64,000 nucleotides of DNA, taken from positions 62,001-126,000 of the forward strand of contig MNCI01000972.1 of assembly GCA_015680685.1 (NCBI GenBank), in the 5' to 3' direction. Below the pieces are notes generated by a model. The model was given only the letters and a program-made list of their open reading frames with translations, had not been told where the DNA came from and did no database searches. Both the position numbers and the translations under genes were made by a program. The stretch comes from Gnetum montanum. Lineage: Eukaryota > Plantae > Gnetophyta. This document shows, one piece after another, positions 49,926 to 64,000 of this stretch (position 1 is the first letter of the stretch; each line of letters starts with the position of its first letter).

Positions 49926-52812
49926 AATGCAAGAATAAAAAGTTAGAGCTTTCTTAACTTTGTCAAAAGCCTACTGACAACTAAAGTTCCACCATGAAAG
50001 AACTTTCTTCTTCTATAAGTCTATGAGAGAGAAAGCTATGTCTAAGAAATTTTTGATAAATCAATGGTAAAAGCTAGCTAATTACATAAACTGTCAGATC
50101 TCATGAACATCAGTAGGAGTGAATCATTGTCAAACAATATGTACCTTTTTTGGGTTAAGCTTAAATTGGCCATGCCCAATAATATGGCCAAGAAACTTTA
50201 ATTTGGTGTAGTAAAAATCCCAACTTTCTTTATTTACGTACAATTGATTTTGATGCAACTTTTCAAGGACTAATTACAAATGCAAAGCATGATCCTCCAG
50301 AGTCTGACTACAGACTAGAATATCATTAAGGTAGATACCCACAAACTTGTTAAGGAGCAACCAAAAATTTCATTCATAAGAGTGTAAAATGTTGTCAATG
50401 CATTGCAAAGACCAAAGGACATGATAGTCAAGTCATGGAAGCCATATCTAGTAACATAAATAGTGTTTTGTTCATTATCCTTTGCAATATGGACCTAATA
50501 GTACCCTTGACATAGATCTAGATAGGTGAAATTGCTTGCCTAAGCGAATTAATCAAACAAATCGAAAATCAAGAACATTGGATACTTATTCTTTAGTGTA
50601 TTGGTTCAACAATTTGTAATTACAATAGAGACATAAGGTCTCATCCTTCTTGATGATAAATAACACAAGTGCATCATAAGGAGATCTGTATGGGTGAATC
50701 TATCACTTTGAAATCAAGCTTTCCAATTGACACTTCAACTCTACTAGCTTGGGACTCATCAAACGATATGAACTATGCTCTATCAATTTTGATCACGCAT
50801 GGAGAATCCTCATGAGAAATGAAAATTATGTCTAAATGAGAAGCTATGAAGACCTTTGCTTAGTGAAGTAATTCTTGTCCCAAAATGACATCAAAATAGT
50901 CTACATTCCAAATAGAAAAGTTAAGAGCTCCACTTCAAGAACTCACCTAAACTATCACATTTTTGCGAACTCTAACATACTGAAGAGGCCGAAATTTTGC
51001 AAGTTTACTATAGGCTTTAATCAAGTCCACAGCTAATTACAAGTCCTTCGTCATGGAAGGGATCATATAATTATGACTAGGCCCATTATCAATGAAACCA
51101 CTAACTTGTCTTAAACCCACAATGACTAGGGCCAATTGCATCTGGTGCAAGTTATCAAAGGGCACATTTTGAAAACTTAAAGGTCTTACTTTCCAAGTGA
51201 CCATCTTAGACAACTACATCATGACAAATCGTCTCCACTAGTCTTCAAATGTATTGCCATTTATGATTTGAAGAATTGGGTCTAGCTAATATTCTTGGAC
51301 CATCAATTGTTTAGCAAGAGCATGGCACTACCAATTATTTGGCCTTCTAGAATTGAAAGAACAATTTCTTGCAAAGTGATTCTTGCAGTAAATGTAGCAT
51401 TGGATTGGTCCCTTGAAGTACTGTTCAGAGAGCTATTATTTCTTGCTTCTAGGTTGTCATTTGTTCTTGGAAACTTTCCTCTTTTGTTGTAATCTTTAAT
51501 TGCTCAAAGGACCTCCAATAGAATGATTGCTTTGTTGATTTGGCTTAGATGCATTTCCCTCTTTGGTAGGTCATGCATCTATCTTCTAAAAATGCGAAGA
51601 TGTAGCTTGCTTTTCCTTACTAGACTTGCTCTTAGTTGGTTTTATTGCCTTAAAATCAAGGAACATGCTTGTCACAACAATGGCCTTTGGAAAGATATTA
51701 TTACCTCAACATTGTAGCTCTAACTATGCCTAGGGCTACAATTCATTCACAAATCTGAAGAATTGGCCTTAATCTCCCATAACAAAAATCAACAATATCA
51801 ATTCTTCGAAAGCATTAATATATTCTTCCAATTTGCAATAGTATTTAAGAGTTTCAAGCTTTATCTTGGCTATGCAATCTAAATTTCAAGGCTAGAATTA
51901 TTTGATCAATGCAACTTTAAATTATTTTCATGTATCCACAACCTCTCTAATGGTGCCCTTCTCTTGAGCATGAAGTAGGCTTAGCCACCACAATTTTGCA
52001 CTGTCGATCAAATACTAAGAGGCTATTGACATCTTTTGGGCCAATAGAACACCATTAGTAGTCAAGTACATCTCCACATCATGAAGCAAGGTATTCTTTC
52101 ACCATCGTAGATCTTGAGCCCCTTCCCTTTGATAAAAGTAATAGACATGGGTTCTTCCATGAGGCATCATGTCAAAGAGGACTTCAAAATGGTGTTCTCT
52201 TGTTTCAGCTCAAACATTCCCTAATTCACCCCTACTAAGACATCCTCTAGGAGTTTCACCCATGCAACCAAACCATCAACCAAAGATGCCTATGCTTGTA
52301 TAGTTCGGTAGGAACCAAAGAGATCCTGATACAATCCCAACACCTAATCCAAATGATCCTCCAAAACTAAGATTCTTCTTTTGTCCAACTTGACCTAATC
52401 CCTAAAATGCAGGTCCACCTTGTATTGAGAAAGATTCATCTCTTTGACAACATAATGAATTAGGTTAGTGATTTTAGGACACATATTTGTCAAGGCCTCA
52501 TCCACCACCTTGATATGCTCCCAAAGGTCCTAAAGCCTTGCCCCATCTTGTTTAAGCTCCACCTCCACATTTGAGTTAGTCTAGTCCTTAACAATCCCAC
52601 TAGGCCCATTTAGATCTATTTCTAAAAGGCCTTCTTACAAAACCATCAATAATAACAATAATTGATTGGTGGAGTTAGAAATGAAAACCTCATAGACCAT
52701 AATCCTATTCCACAAACGTATGTCAAAATTTAACAAGAAAATCAAGCTCTTATACCATTTGTGCCAATATTATCCCTAAAATGTCATCCAGTACTACCTA
52801 AGTCCCTTGACC

Positions 52813-55104
52813 TGGTTTAGACATTGGGATAAAACTCAAGTGGAGCATGCCTCAATGCTGACCAAGCCTAAAACACATGCCAACAAACAGCTTGTCAAAG
52901 TCCTAGAAGATAGTCATAAAACTTAAATGGTGTACAAATACATTGCAATGATAAAACCATGATAAGCTAATTAGTCACTCCCTTGCTTCACTCATGTGGA
53001 CATCACAAGAACTACTAGTTAAACCCTCCATATTCATCATTGTGTGTTGGTAGTTGGTGTCATGCTCATATGAGCACATGCAATGTCCCATAGCACATCC
53101 CATGTTGTACCCAACGCTAAACCCTAACACAAAGTTAAACTGCACAACCCTTCCAAGGTCCCATCGAGTGGGGTATAGAGGAATGTCATAGCCTCATCAA
53201 GTATGACATGGACTTGCCATGAGAGTATGGTTTTGAAAGCATAAGAAGTAAAGGATTCATTGTGCCCCCATAGTCCCCAAATCATGGGAAGGTTAACAAG
53301 CGATCACCTACATTGCTACCCCTCTTATAATCCTCCCTTGCTTAAAATGAGCAATGACCTTGAAGCATGGCCAGGGTAGCCCACGAGGACACTACATTGT
53401 GATAGAGGAAGGATTTCATCAATTCTAGGAAAATATCCTATACTACATGAACTCAAATAAGAAGGATCTTGGGTTTAGGAAGGTCCAATAGCTAGGTCAC
53501 AAACCATAAAAGCTTCATTATTAAACTCAACCTTCTTCCCAAGAACTAGATTCTTGGTAGTACCTGACATCCAAGTTATGAATGACGTCTTTCCAAACTT
53601 GGTGTGTCCCTCTCCTATGTCTTGCTTAAGATGCAAGACCCATAGGAGAGTCCTTAAGTGGTCCATTGCAATGACATGAAAGAACATGCTAACTTATAGG
53701 GAAAACAAACACAAGGCATCCCTTAACTCACTTTCCATAAGGTCTATGGGCATCAACATGCTCACATGAAACACCAAATGGACTCAAGCCATATTAACTG
53801 GTAACTATAATTTATAAGTCACAAGGTTGATCTTTTCAAAGATCTTGAAGGGGTTGTCATACTACCCAAGTAGTTTTAATATAGTACCCTACCTTCGTTT
53901 GAATTAGTAAAGGTCCAATTTGGAAAGGATCCAATCCCCAACATTGGATTCTTGAGGATGGTGCTTGCAATCTACATATTTCTTTACGCACCACACTGCC
54001 TATTTCTTCATGCACTGCATTGTCCTTTCCAAACAATCTCTTGCTACTTCAACATTTTTAGACCAAATTTTCAAGAATTCATCAATTGTGAAATGATGAC
54101 CTTGGATGGATGAAGAAATAATATGAGTCATGGGTGGCTTACACATCACCAATTTTGCAAAGAAGAACCCATTTGTTCAAGACTTCTAAATGTTATAACT
54201 CAGTTGGGCTATTTCCAAAAGTAATGTATGCTTGATGTTACTTTTTTGCATGCTGATGATGACATATACTTTTAATATGCATATTGTCCAATTCATGTTA
54301 ATGGCTAAAATAAGGACAAATGACTCATTTAATAGGGACATGGCTCTCTTGGAAATTGTCAGTCTTACATGTCTACTCCCTCATGAGCTCACTTGTTTAA
54401 GTCAAGAATTCATCATGTCACTAATAGAAAAAAAATTACAAGATAGTATTGTCTTATCCTTATCTTTTGTATAAGCTTTTATGCATAAGTCTTTGCGCAA
54501 CCCTTGAGGTCTCCTCTATGCTATAAATAGGGAGGATATTGCTCTTGCTTTTACCCTTGCCAAGTGATAGAAGACAATGCTAGTTTGAGGTATAAGTAGA
54601 AGACAAAAGAAGGTATGTGTTTATTCCTTGTTTGTTCCTAAGGGTTGTCTTGAGTGGTCTTGTGTGTGTTCTTAGTGGAGGGTTTGGAAGGCTGACCCTT
54701 TTACTATTATTAAAAGCTACTATGGCTGATTCTAAGCATTATCTTTATCTAATTTTCTTGGAGAATTTTGGTTGTACCTTGGACTTATTGTTTTGAGTTG
54801 ATTTGTGAGGCTGCCAACTAAACAACAACCCAAGCCTTAAGTGTGTTCTTCCCCAAATTGGTCAACCCAATCCTATACGTGTGTATTCCAAGCCTTTGTT
54901 GTATATAAATTATTGATAGGTCTTTGTTATCTTGGCTTGGACAAGTTGAGGACTATTTATGAGAGCATGTGGGATTTTTTGCGAGTTGTGAGTTATACAT
55001 GAGTTCATGAGTCATGAATATGATTTCTGATATAAATGTATTGGGCTTATGATTTAGCATTTTCTTTGTGTCATGTGCACTTGGCATTTCATGTTTTTGT
55101 GAAC
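52813..55104. repeat. Copy B of the same direct repeat
   Basis: Aligns to 1-2294 with offset ~52811; similarity ends at ttttgtgaac. Confidence 0.95.
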
Positions 55105-55530
55105 ATTATTGAGTACCCCAATCATTCTACTCAACATTGGTGATCTCTTGTGTAGGTTTATTTTTTGGAGTGCTAGATGGTGTTAGTCCACCATATTTTA
55201 TCCAACTCTGAGGTTCTTATGTGAGATACAAGATGTTGTGAGGTTCAAGGTACTTGATGCATGACATTTGGATGGCCAAAGGATCCATTGAGTACTCATG
55301 AAAATATGTACATTGATATTTTGTTGCTTCTTTGGCAAATGAAAAGTGAATTGCACATGTTTTGATTATTGAGCATTTTTATGGTCAGTTTTGGGAGAAT
55401 TCTTAAGAGAGTTGTCATGTCCTCTTACACTCTTAAATAGTCCCTTGTTCAAGCCTACATTTTTCTCCTTGTGAAAACAAGAGAGGCTGAAAATTAAGTT
55501 GTGAAGTCTGGAACAGGTTGGCACCATGCT
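54430..55530 (+). mobile_element. LTR-like promoter/U5 segment with a probable decayed PBS (Athila/Tat-like)
   Basis: ctataaatag at 54521; ends GAACA at 55515, then ggtTGGCACCAT, the CpG-decay form of TGGCGCCGT. Confidence 0.5.
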
Positions 55531-56549
55531 AATCAGTCATTCAAGTCAAGCTTGAATTAGAATGTACTTGTCATTTTGGTGGTTTCCATTGTTTTTATGT
55601 TTCCATCTGGCATAATGACTACATCAAAATTACTCCTCTGTTTGCTTATAAATTAGATTCAGTTCTGTTTGCTCATAAATCATTATTTAGTTCTTTGATA
55701 AGGATTGCTACCTTTCTATGACTACTGCTCTCTGTTTTCTGTTTTTGACTGCTATATATATAGTCCTCTATTCTAATTTTAAAAAAAAAAAAATCAGAGA
55801 AGGAAACTTAGAGAGAAGAAGAGAGCAAAATTGATAAACCATTTAGATCAAGTTTGTATGCACTTGTAGGGTCTGTGAAAGATTTGTATGCATGTGAAGA
55901 ACGAAACAAAAACAAAGTTTGTCCTACAAAGAATAGTTAGTACATAATTTCACATGTTTCTACGTTTACATTTAAAGAAATTTCAGTGGTTGGAAGTGCT
56001 TTAGGCTGAGAGAAATAGGGGCTTATGACTTTAGGTTGTTGTGTACAAATTTTAAATTTGATTTTTTTATTGAAGTACTCATTCCCCTTCTTGCTTAAAG
56101 AATGTCTTTTGTTTCTCAGTGATATTGCTATTTTTTTTTTCTTCAAAAAGAATCAGAACCGATTCATTGTTAAAAATTATCTCTAAGTTTTAATGTTGAT
56201 TTAGGAGTTTTTCTTTTCCTCATTGTGTTGCTATTTATTATTTCAAACCTATTTCAGCTCATTTCCCTTACACAGATTTTGTTTGCTAATAAAAATTAGG
56301 ATGCCTTAAAAAATAGAGGAAAACATTTGGTTAATTTCCATCCCTTATTGAGCTTATGTTAATAATCACCTATGATCAAAGGTGTAAGACAGTATCAACC
56401 TTTTCTTGAAAAATTGAGAAACAACCACATGTTGTAACTCTTCGTTGTTTGATATGTAAGCTAGTTTCTTAAATAGCATCTAAAAACTTACTGGAAATGT
56501 ACAATTAATTTTGTTCTATTATAAGTTGTGGATATTGGAAGCTTGGATG

Positions 56550-59500
56550 TAACAATGTTGCCTTGATGTTGTCTGGCACCCCAAAGAATTCACTGAAATC
56601 TAATGGATCTGGGACAGAAGACTTGGGGAATACGCCTCTAACAAGCAAGCAACTTATGGAAGGGAGAGAGTGGCACAACAGCTTTTTAATAGACAAGAAT
56701 GCACCTCAAGGAGAACAACTAAACTCCAAACGAGGACCTTGCAAACAAGTACACAAGCAACCCTCTAGACATCATTGGTGGAAGGGGAAACGATGCATCT
56801 ACAAGGGGACGCCTCATCCCCAAACCCCTCGCGATCTAGTACAAGGTTCAGCATGGCACTACATCAAAACTATTTAGTTTTGGCTGCCTACATATTTGCG
56901 ACCACTGCAAAATTAGGGCCATGTATTTCTCCGTGTGAGGGTAGTATGAAGAGGACTTAGAAAGGGATGTAACAGGAGGGAGTCCTACTGTTGGCTTGGT
57001 ACTGCCAAGCCAAGATGGGTTTTCTAACACTTGAGTGTCGTGCAAGGACACCTTAGCGTGTTCAATGGTCCTTGAACCATGAGAATGGCTCAAGAGAACC
57101 TCGAACCTGGAACATCTCTTACAATCCTCCCCCGCACAAAAAAAGCGACGTCCTCAAAGCGAAGACTAGGATAACTTTGAGAGTACACTTCAAGTATGGA
57201 TTTAGAACTTTGTCAACTCCAGGTAATCCCTCAACTCATCTGATGCCAAGCTTGAAGAAAGGTACTAATCCCAACACCTAATACGTCCTTCCATCCAAGG
57301 CCTTGCATGAAATGCAAAGGGCTCTTGGAGGAACCCCAAAAACTTTCCCTATTTTGTGAGAAGAGGGAGAAGTCCAACCCAAAGGCCCAACGTCTCTAAG
57401 GTGTTCCCTAGATCCATTCCTTATTGGGTCTAGAGACTTGTCTTCTTGCATGGATCCATACTTATGCAAGAGGACAAACTCTTCTTCCACAAGTCCAGCC
57501 GAGTTCCATTCTAAATGACATCGATGTTGAGGGCTCACCAAGACCATTACCCATCCTAGTGATGGACTTGGGAAACCGAAACACAGAGAGAACATGCTCC
57601 AAAGGAGCCATGTCTTTGCAAGCAACTCAGGCTTGTCAAAACCCCAAGTTCTACTTCTTGCATCAAGACCCATGGGGTCTCACCAATCCAACCACCTAAG
57701 TATTGAATCACCACGTTTATACCATCCACATATTTTTCTTTTATTTTTCCGCATCACATCTACTTAGGCTAGTAGGGAATCAAGTGTGATCTCCCTTCGA
57801 AACAAGGTACAAAGGCAGATCTTTTGAATTTGACCTTACTGGTCGTAGATGCCCCAACATTGCAATCCACATTTCGTCATCCAACACTATTCCATTTCCA
57901 TAGTAAAAGAGAAGATTTGAAATCTGTTTGGAAAACTTCTTCAAGAGGCTATCGTAGCATACTAACCCAGTCTGTCATCGACGTCATTAGAGGAAGTCCA
58001 ACATCAAGAACACCTACTCGAACCCTTAGACAAGTGAAGGATATGTTGGGTAGTCAACCCCAAGACAACCCTTCATACACACGTCTCATGCCAACCACAA
58101 CCACATAGTTCATTACCCTTGTAATGTCCCATTTATGGGAAAGGATTAGTTGCACGTGCATCTTATAGGCTATCCTTTTCATTCTAAGAGATGGGAGAAG
58201 CATCACTTTCTAAATAGTTAGTACAAGGAAGCATGTAGAATCACCTCCAAGGATAACCACAATCATGAATTTTCCAAGGAACATCTAGGTTCCCAAAATT
58301 TGAGTTTTCCTACCCTACCAGGAACAACCGCAACTCATGATCAACACCTTTCATTGGATTTTTTAACTTGAAGGGAAGATCCTCTTTGGGGGGTTTCTTT
58401 AGTAGGCAAGTACAGCAACCCAATTGCACCGTACCCATAATACATGCCCAAGTAGTCCATAGAGCCAACACAACCATATTGTCAAACCGCTACCATCTGA
58501 GGGACGACATAGATTTGCAGGTCTTACCCACATTTGATTCCACCTTAAGAACAACTCAAGAAGTGAAAGAGTTCATCCCTCAAAATTTCATAGAGAGGGA
58601 GTTCTGTTTCATCGTAGGAGGTTTGGGTTTTAATACACACTAGTCCATCCCATTTATAATAATTGTGATGCACAAGGCCACACCACTACCTATTACCGTC
58701 AGACCCGAACAACAAATGCGAGAATTAACAAGAACATTTTGCCCATAAGAGGACTAGGTCCTTGAGACAATTTTACAACGAATGGGCTTCACTGACATCA
58801 ACTACCAACTCAAAACAATACACAATTCATCCTCAAAAAGTTTACAATAATAAAGGTCTACTAGAGAACCCCAACAAGGAAGTCCTTTTAAAGCCTCAAA
58901 CTAAGAGGGAGTACATGAGATTACACCTTGCTTACAAGAGAAAAGATATATACATTTAAGCTACATCAACAACATGGCCTCACAAGGGAGATTCCATGAA
59001 TTCAACCATGGTAACAATATCTTGTCTCTGAAAACAAGCCCTAAGAGTTCAAGAACATGGGACCACTACTTGGAACAAGTCCCAAACATTGACTACTTCT
59101 AAATCCCATCTAAGGAACAACTGTCTTAATACAACTTGCATTAATATTTCAAGAATTGAAGAGGATATCTATCGAAAGGAAGAATGATCCTCATAGAACT
59201 AGACAATCACCAAGTAATAGAGTGCTCGGTCATGGTCATGTTATCTCACTAGAGAGATTAGGACACTAACATAATTTAGCAATACACCAAAGAAATGGGG
59301 CGATACACAAGAAAGATGGGGTGATACACCAAAGTACATGAGGGATAGAGTACACAAGGGAGATGGGATGATACACCATAGCCCGCAAAGCACCAATAAG
59401 TCCCGAGAAATGAGAGCACACCATAGCCCTCAAAAGCACCACAAGCCTCTAGTCATGAGAGCATAGGCTCAAGTGTTTTCAAGCACATACATGTCCACCA

Positions 59501-60953
59501 TGCAAAGCCACCAAGAGAAGTCACGATTTGTGTAACTGTAACATCATTTATTCAAGGATGGACCACCATGCCAACACTTGCAAAAATTACTCCAAGCTCA
59601 CATCCAGCCATGGAAGAGGAAGTCTAGGTGCTAATACCCAAGACTCAACTCTACCCTGTAGTCATACATAACAACAATGCCTTTGATTTGAATTTTTTGT
59701 TTGCCATTGCAATTCACATGGCCATCATGAACCACCCGCTATCAAGATCAAGTTCATTGAACCAATTTGTTTGAACTTCAGGCTACATTCCATCATCGAT
59801 CACCCATGAATAAGATTTTTGTCAGTCAAGGAATCCAAAAGGAAAAGTTCCCAAAACTTATCCTATCTCAAGAACATTCACCAAAGGACACACCATCATG
59901 GCACACCAAATCACCAATAACACAAAACATCAGTTTGGAGAGCACCTTAGGCAAGGACATGCCTTGTTCTCCTCATTACAACACCATTTATCAACAATAG
60001 GATTTTCCATAAGGCTTTTAACAAAATATCACATCAAGGCACAAAGGTCGCCTACAAACATAGAGAGGAGGTGCTTTAAGGACGAGGACAAGGAAAACAC
60101 TATACATCAAGCTTAACCTTGTCACAGGGTGTGGCACAGGCCTATAATAAAGGGACAATTGATTCACATAGGGAAACAACATCTAGCACTTTTGTGTGCA
60201 TAAACTATCAAAATTGTGTACATCACAACATTACATTATAATCTTACACACTTGAGGATAGGAATACATTTAGTGAGCATAATACATGACATTTGGGAAT
60301 GCTACCTAGGCCTAGAAGGCTATATGACAAACTACCCAAGCCCATCCTAAGCTGAAGGGTTTAAGCCACCAAAAGCACACAAAGCTGCACCATGTTGTTA
60401 TGAGAAAAACTCGTCTCTATCTCTACATGTACACAAACAACTATCTTGTTGCACCCACTACATGACTGCCATCAAAAGGAAACAAATCGAGACATGAACA
60501 CAACGTAGGATGCCAACTAAGAATCCACCTCCCGTCACAGTGGGACCTCAAGGCATTGGCCACTCCTAAGCCATTAGTATCTAGCATGGCCAAGGATACT
60601 ATTATATGCCATCTAGTAACCCAATATCTACAAGGTCTAGGATGGACCACCCTCCTCTGTTAGTGCTCACCCAGCATTGAGAGGCAAACAAATCATGATG
60701 TACTAGTTGCTCCACCACAGCAAGGGTACTAATAGATCTGCAACCCAATGTTGGGATTTTGAGACCAAGTACCCAATTCATGAGGACCTCAAGAGCACAC
60801 ATCTTCCCCATAGACATAGTGCTCACAAAATCAACTGAGGTCACCACTAGCTGCATTTTTGTACCTATGCTACCTGCAAGACTGACACAACAGCTTGGAC
60901 ACAATGGAATTAGCAGGAACATGATTAACACATCAACCTCACATACAACCATC
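56550..60953 (-). mobile_element. Second, highly decayed chromovirus-like gypsy (3' LTR up to 57123, PPT 57124-57135)
   Basis: - strand GCGGGGGAGGAT|TGTAAGAG; same PPT context as 53330-53341; scattered INT/RT remnants; left end uncertain. Confidence 0.65.
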
Positions 60954-63900
60954 TGTTGATGCATAAATTTTGGTCACACCAACATTGAGAAAGAAAACTT
61001 GTTTTAGAAGACTATTGTCTAGGGCGCCTCCCGTATGGGTATGGAAACGTGGGAATAGTCTCAGCTGGAGAGGGCCACATGGCCTTTTGCAAATAATAAA
61101 CTAGAAAGAAATTTGGAATTTAAATTAAATAATTATCTCCAATACAATAAGTGATTAAAAGAATTGAATTTTCCCCGGTCCCACTGACGTTGCTGGTCCA
61201 TGACTACAGATGGTATCCATTGCAGGGCAAGAAGACCGCGATCACCATGAGAGAGGGAGAGAGAGAGAAAGAGAAAGAGAGACTGCCCACTGTAGTCTAC
61301 ACAGGGCAGTAACTGCAGTTCTCAGAGCTTGCCATCGTTTGCCACCTTTTGTGCACCGTCGTAGAGAGAAAGATCGTTCACCCATGTCTGCACCACCGTG
61401 ACAAGCTCCTACTGTCACTGAGAAGACCCGCAAGGATCCGATTTTGAGCCACTGGCTCCTGCCTTGGACCCTCCTCGAAGATCAACTAAAAGCCTATAAA
61501 GGAAAGAAAAGAAAAGAGGAAATTGCTGCTTAGTGAAGAGGAAGCTGCCCCTCCAGACTGATAGCTAGAGCCTATTTTGGGACTCACCCCTCTCCCTTAT
61601 CCAAGAAACCCCCTCTAGACTCCATTTTATAGCCGCTGCGGCCATCCATAATGCTGCGTACATTTCATGTAACAGCTACAAAAACTACCATCACTTCTTG
61701 TGTAATAACTCCCACATTCTCCAATTAAGTGTCCACTTATGTCCGTAACCATCGTAACTTCCAAAACATCTGCTACTAATGACCGTAATCGCCGTAACTT
61801 CTGAAACGTTTCCCACTAATGACCGTAACCACCATCATTAATGACCACCACCTAACAGTTTAAATTCCCACTACTCGCATGATTTTATTGTGGTTATTAA
61901 GGGAGAGAAATAGAAACGTTGATAATCATGGCCCCATTCGAGCATGGGAATGTTGACATCAACACTTAGCCCCCAAACTTTAATTGCATGCCAGTGCAAG
62001 GAACAAGACCACAGAAACTTTAAAATGATGCAATAGGTAGGGAATGACAAAACAAGCAAATAAAAACTTAAAAGTAAACTAAACATGATTAAAATAACCA
62101 TATAATCAAAAGAGAACTAAGCATGGGCCACCTAAACTACACCATCTTATTTAATTAAACTTTAAATATATAATTTTATTTATTTTAACTACATATATNC
62201 TATTGGACCCCATCACACTTAAAAACTTATTACACTGCCAATGAACATGCTCCTCATTCCTTCACTCTTAGGTAGCAATTCCAACACAAGTCTGGTCGAT
62301 TAGCAGCACTGCTAGTGAACATGGTCCTCATTCAACTCTTGTGTATGTGCCTTTAATTGCGATTTGATAGCATCATAACAGGTCTCCTAGGTGGCTAAGG
62401 GTTCCCAAGTGGAGATGAACACACTTCACCCCATTGTTCACAAGGTAATCATGGATCATCACACTTGAGGGCTAAGGCTTATGAGAGGGAAAATGGGGTT
62501 TTCAAAGGTCACCTAGTGATAATGGCTAACTATTCTCCAACATCACCTATCCTACACTCACATGATCATGATGATTACATGATAAATTAGCACAAATCTC
62601 ATGCTCCATAATCCAACATAACTATAGAAACTAAAACCTTGAAAAAGACTGGGAAGAATCAAAGCATTATTGAAATATATAGTATAAGAGAGATTTTATG
62701 TAATAGTACTAGGAAATATTATATAAAGAATATACTCACATTATTTTCGGATGGTGTTTTGATGACCCAACGCCTAGTAACTCAAAAGATCATAATGATT
62801 ATTAAAATCATATGCAAAGCAAAAATCAAAACAATATACCAAGAAAGAAATGATGAAAGTGGAAAGAAAATATGCAAATGCGACTATATACAAATGAAAC
62901 GCATGACGAAGAGGAAAAAAACATGCAACTAAAGATCTACCAGGTGTCCATGCAGGGCACCTAAGTAGAAATGCTTTGGATGGAATGCATTAAAATTTCT
63001 AGGTGACTTATATCCTTGCACATCAGCAACCTTGTACACATTGGGGCCAATGACATCTTTTAACTCCGAATGGACCTGACCAAATAGGAGAGAACTTACC
63101 TTGAAGATTTTCTCGATCACATGTTCTACCCTTTTCTGAGACTAGGTCTCCTATCTTAAAGAGTTCACCAACATACTTCTTATCAAAACATTGTTTAACA
63201 ATTTGTCGATGCTTAAGATTACACAAATCAAGACCTAATCTTAACTTGCTTAATCGTTTTCTATAAAGTTTTTCATTGGTATAAGTTTCAATGATAGGTT
63301 TAGGTCTTGGTGGGTCATCGAATATAGCCTTTCCTGGAGAATGTTGCATGGATGCATCGTTAAAATTTAGCACACCTTCAAATGTTTTAAGAGGTAGGGT
63401 GTTATTTATATTTTTGTCCTTCCCTAAAGGTGGTGGATCAGTCAAATGAAATCCATTGTGTTGTTGATAAGGCAAGGTGTCTCCATAGCTTTCTTCACCT
63501 TCTCTAGAATTTTGATAGGATTGGGTTGAATCTACATGAAAGATGGGACTTATTTTTGTAATTCCACTCACATAGTCATTTTCAACATGTTCACTACGCT
63601 CAACCTCAATAACCCCATCATAAAGATTAGTGTTTTGATCTTCCAAAGATTGATTTTGTTGATCCAAGGTTGTAACTACTTGTTTGTAGAAGGGTTCTCA
63701 AGGTATAGTCATGTATTCAAATTTTCCTTTGATAGGGATTAATAGCTCTGAGAAATCTGACCTAAAGAAGCCCCCAAACTTGACTCCAAAAGTCCTAGAT
63801 AAGAGCACACCATAGGTAGGTGACATGTCAACTACTAGGATATCAGTGTAACATGTAAATGTAGGATATTGTTTAAGTTGCACCTTCACTGCTTTCAATA

Positions 63901-64000
63901 ATCCTACTACTGGTACATCAGATCCATCGAGTTAAATCACACTTTTCGTTTGTGGTATCATTTGTGCTCCTAAAGTCTTACATACCTCAAGAGGCATGAC
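60954..64000 (-). mobile_element. Third Tat-like element (runs off the window): 3' LTR ~60954-62193, PPT-like ~62203-62213, protease joined to the integrase C-terminus
   Basis: LTR begins TGTTGATG like 33119; PR DILVVDMSPTYGVLLSRTFG; INT tail FKIGDLV..QGKFSPIWSGPF..FNAFHPKHFY. Confidence 0.75.

Larger units (their letters stand above)
46915..53329 (-). mobile_element. Galadriel-like chromovirus (Ty3/gypsy) remnant: LTR ~52760-53329, PBS, gag-PR-RT, RH, INT N-terminus; split by a viral insert
   Basis: PBS TGGTATAAGAGC at 52746-52757; gag FFRFVNEL*P*A*LELQ; RT LDLCQGYY*VHI..MSFGLCNA; AFDKVKKAL ~49950; RH LPNFLQSFEVFIDAS ~47580. Confidence 0.8.

Noticed and set aside
61210-61433. Short ORFs over a GA-rich, CpG-containing stretch as a host gene
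   Set aside because: They lie inside the 60954-62193 LTR downstream of its TATA; no domain or exon structure.

Overview
Land-plant nuclear DNA, about 90% decayed mobile elements; the element mix suggests a non-angiosperm vascular plant such as a fern (inference only). There is one intact host gene, a 4-exon type I metacaspase (4560-7958, +, 325 aa) with an LSD1-like Zn finger, a His/Cys dyad and a GC-AG first intron. The rest includes L1, RTE and RTE-X-like LINE remnants and a four-level LTR-retrotransposon nest. In the nest, a Tat-like gypsy (+) contains an Ale-like copia with a CTAAT TSD, which contains a Tekay-like element and a ~17 kb Tat element with an archaeal-type RNase H. There are also two Galadriel-like chromovirus remnants and an endogenous caulimovirid fragment (tRNA-Met PBS plus 30K movement protein) inside a gypsy pol. 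The most unusual structure is the ~17 kb Tat element. Its gag-PR and RT-RH-aRH-INT blocks are split by a ~6 kb antisense gene with 6 introns, each block is followed by an array of the same short motif, and a GCGTGAG motif is densely repeated in both the LTR and the antisense gene leader. A second Tat remnant appears to have the same gag-PR plus convergent spliced gene layout. All alignments and translations were done by eye, and family assignments come from remembered motifs, not database searches.
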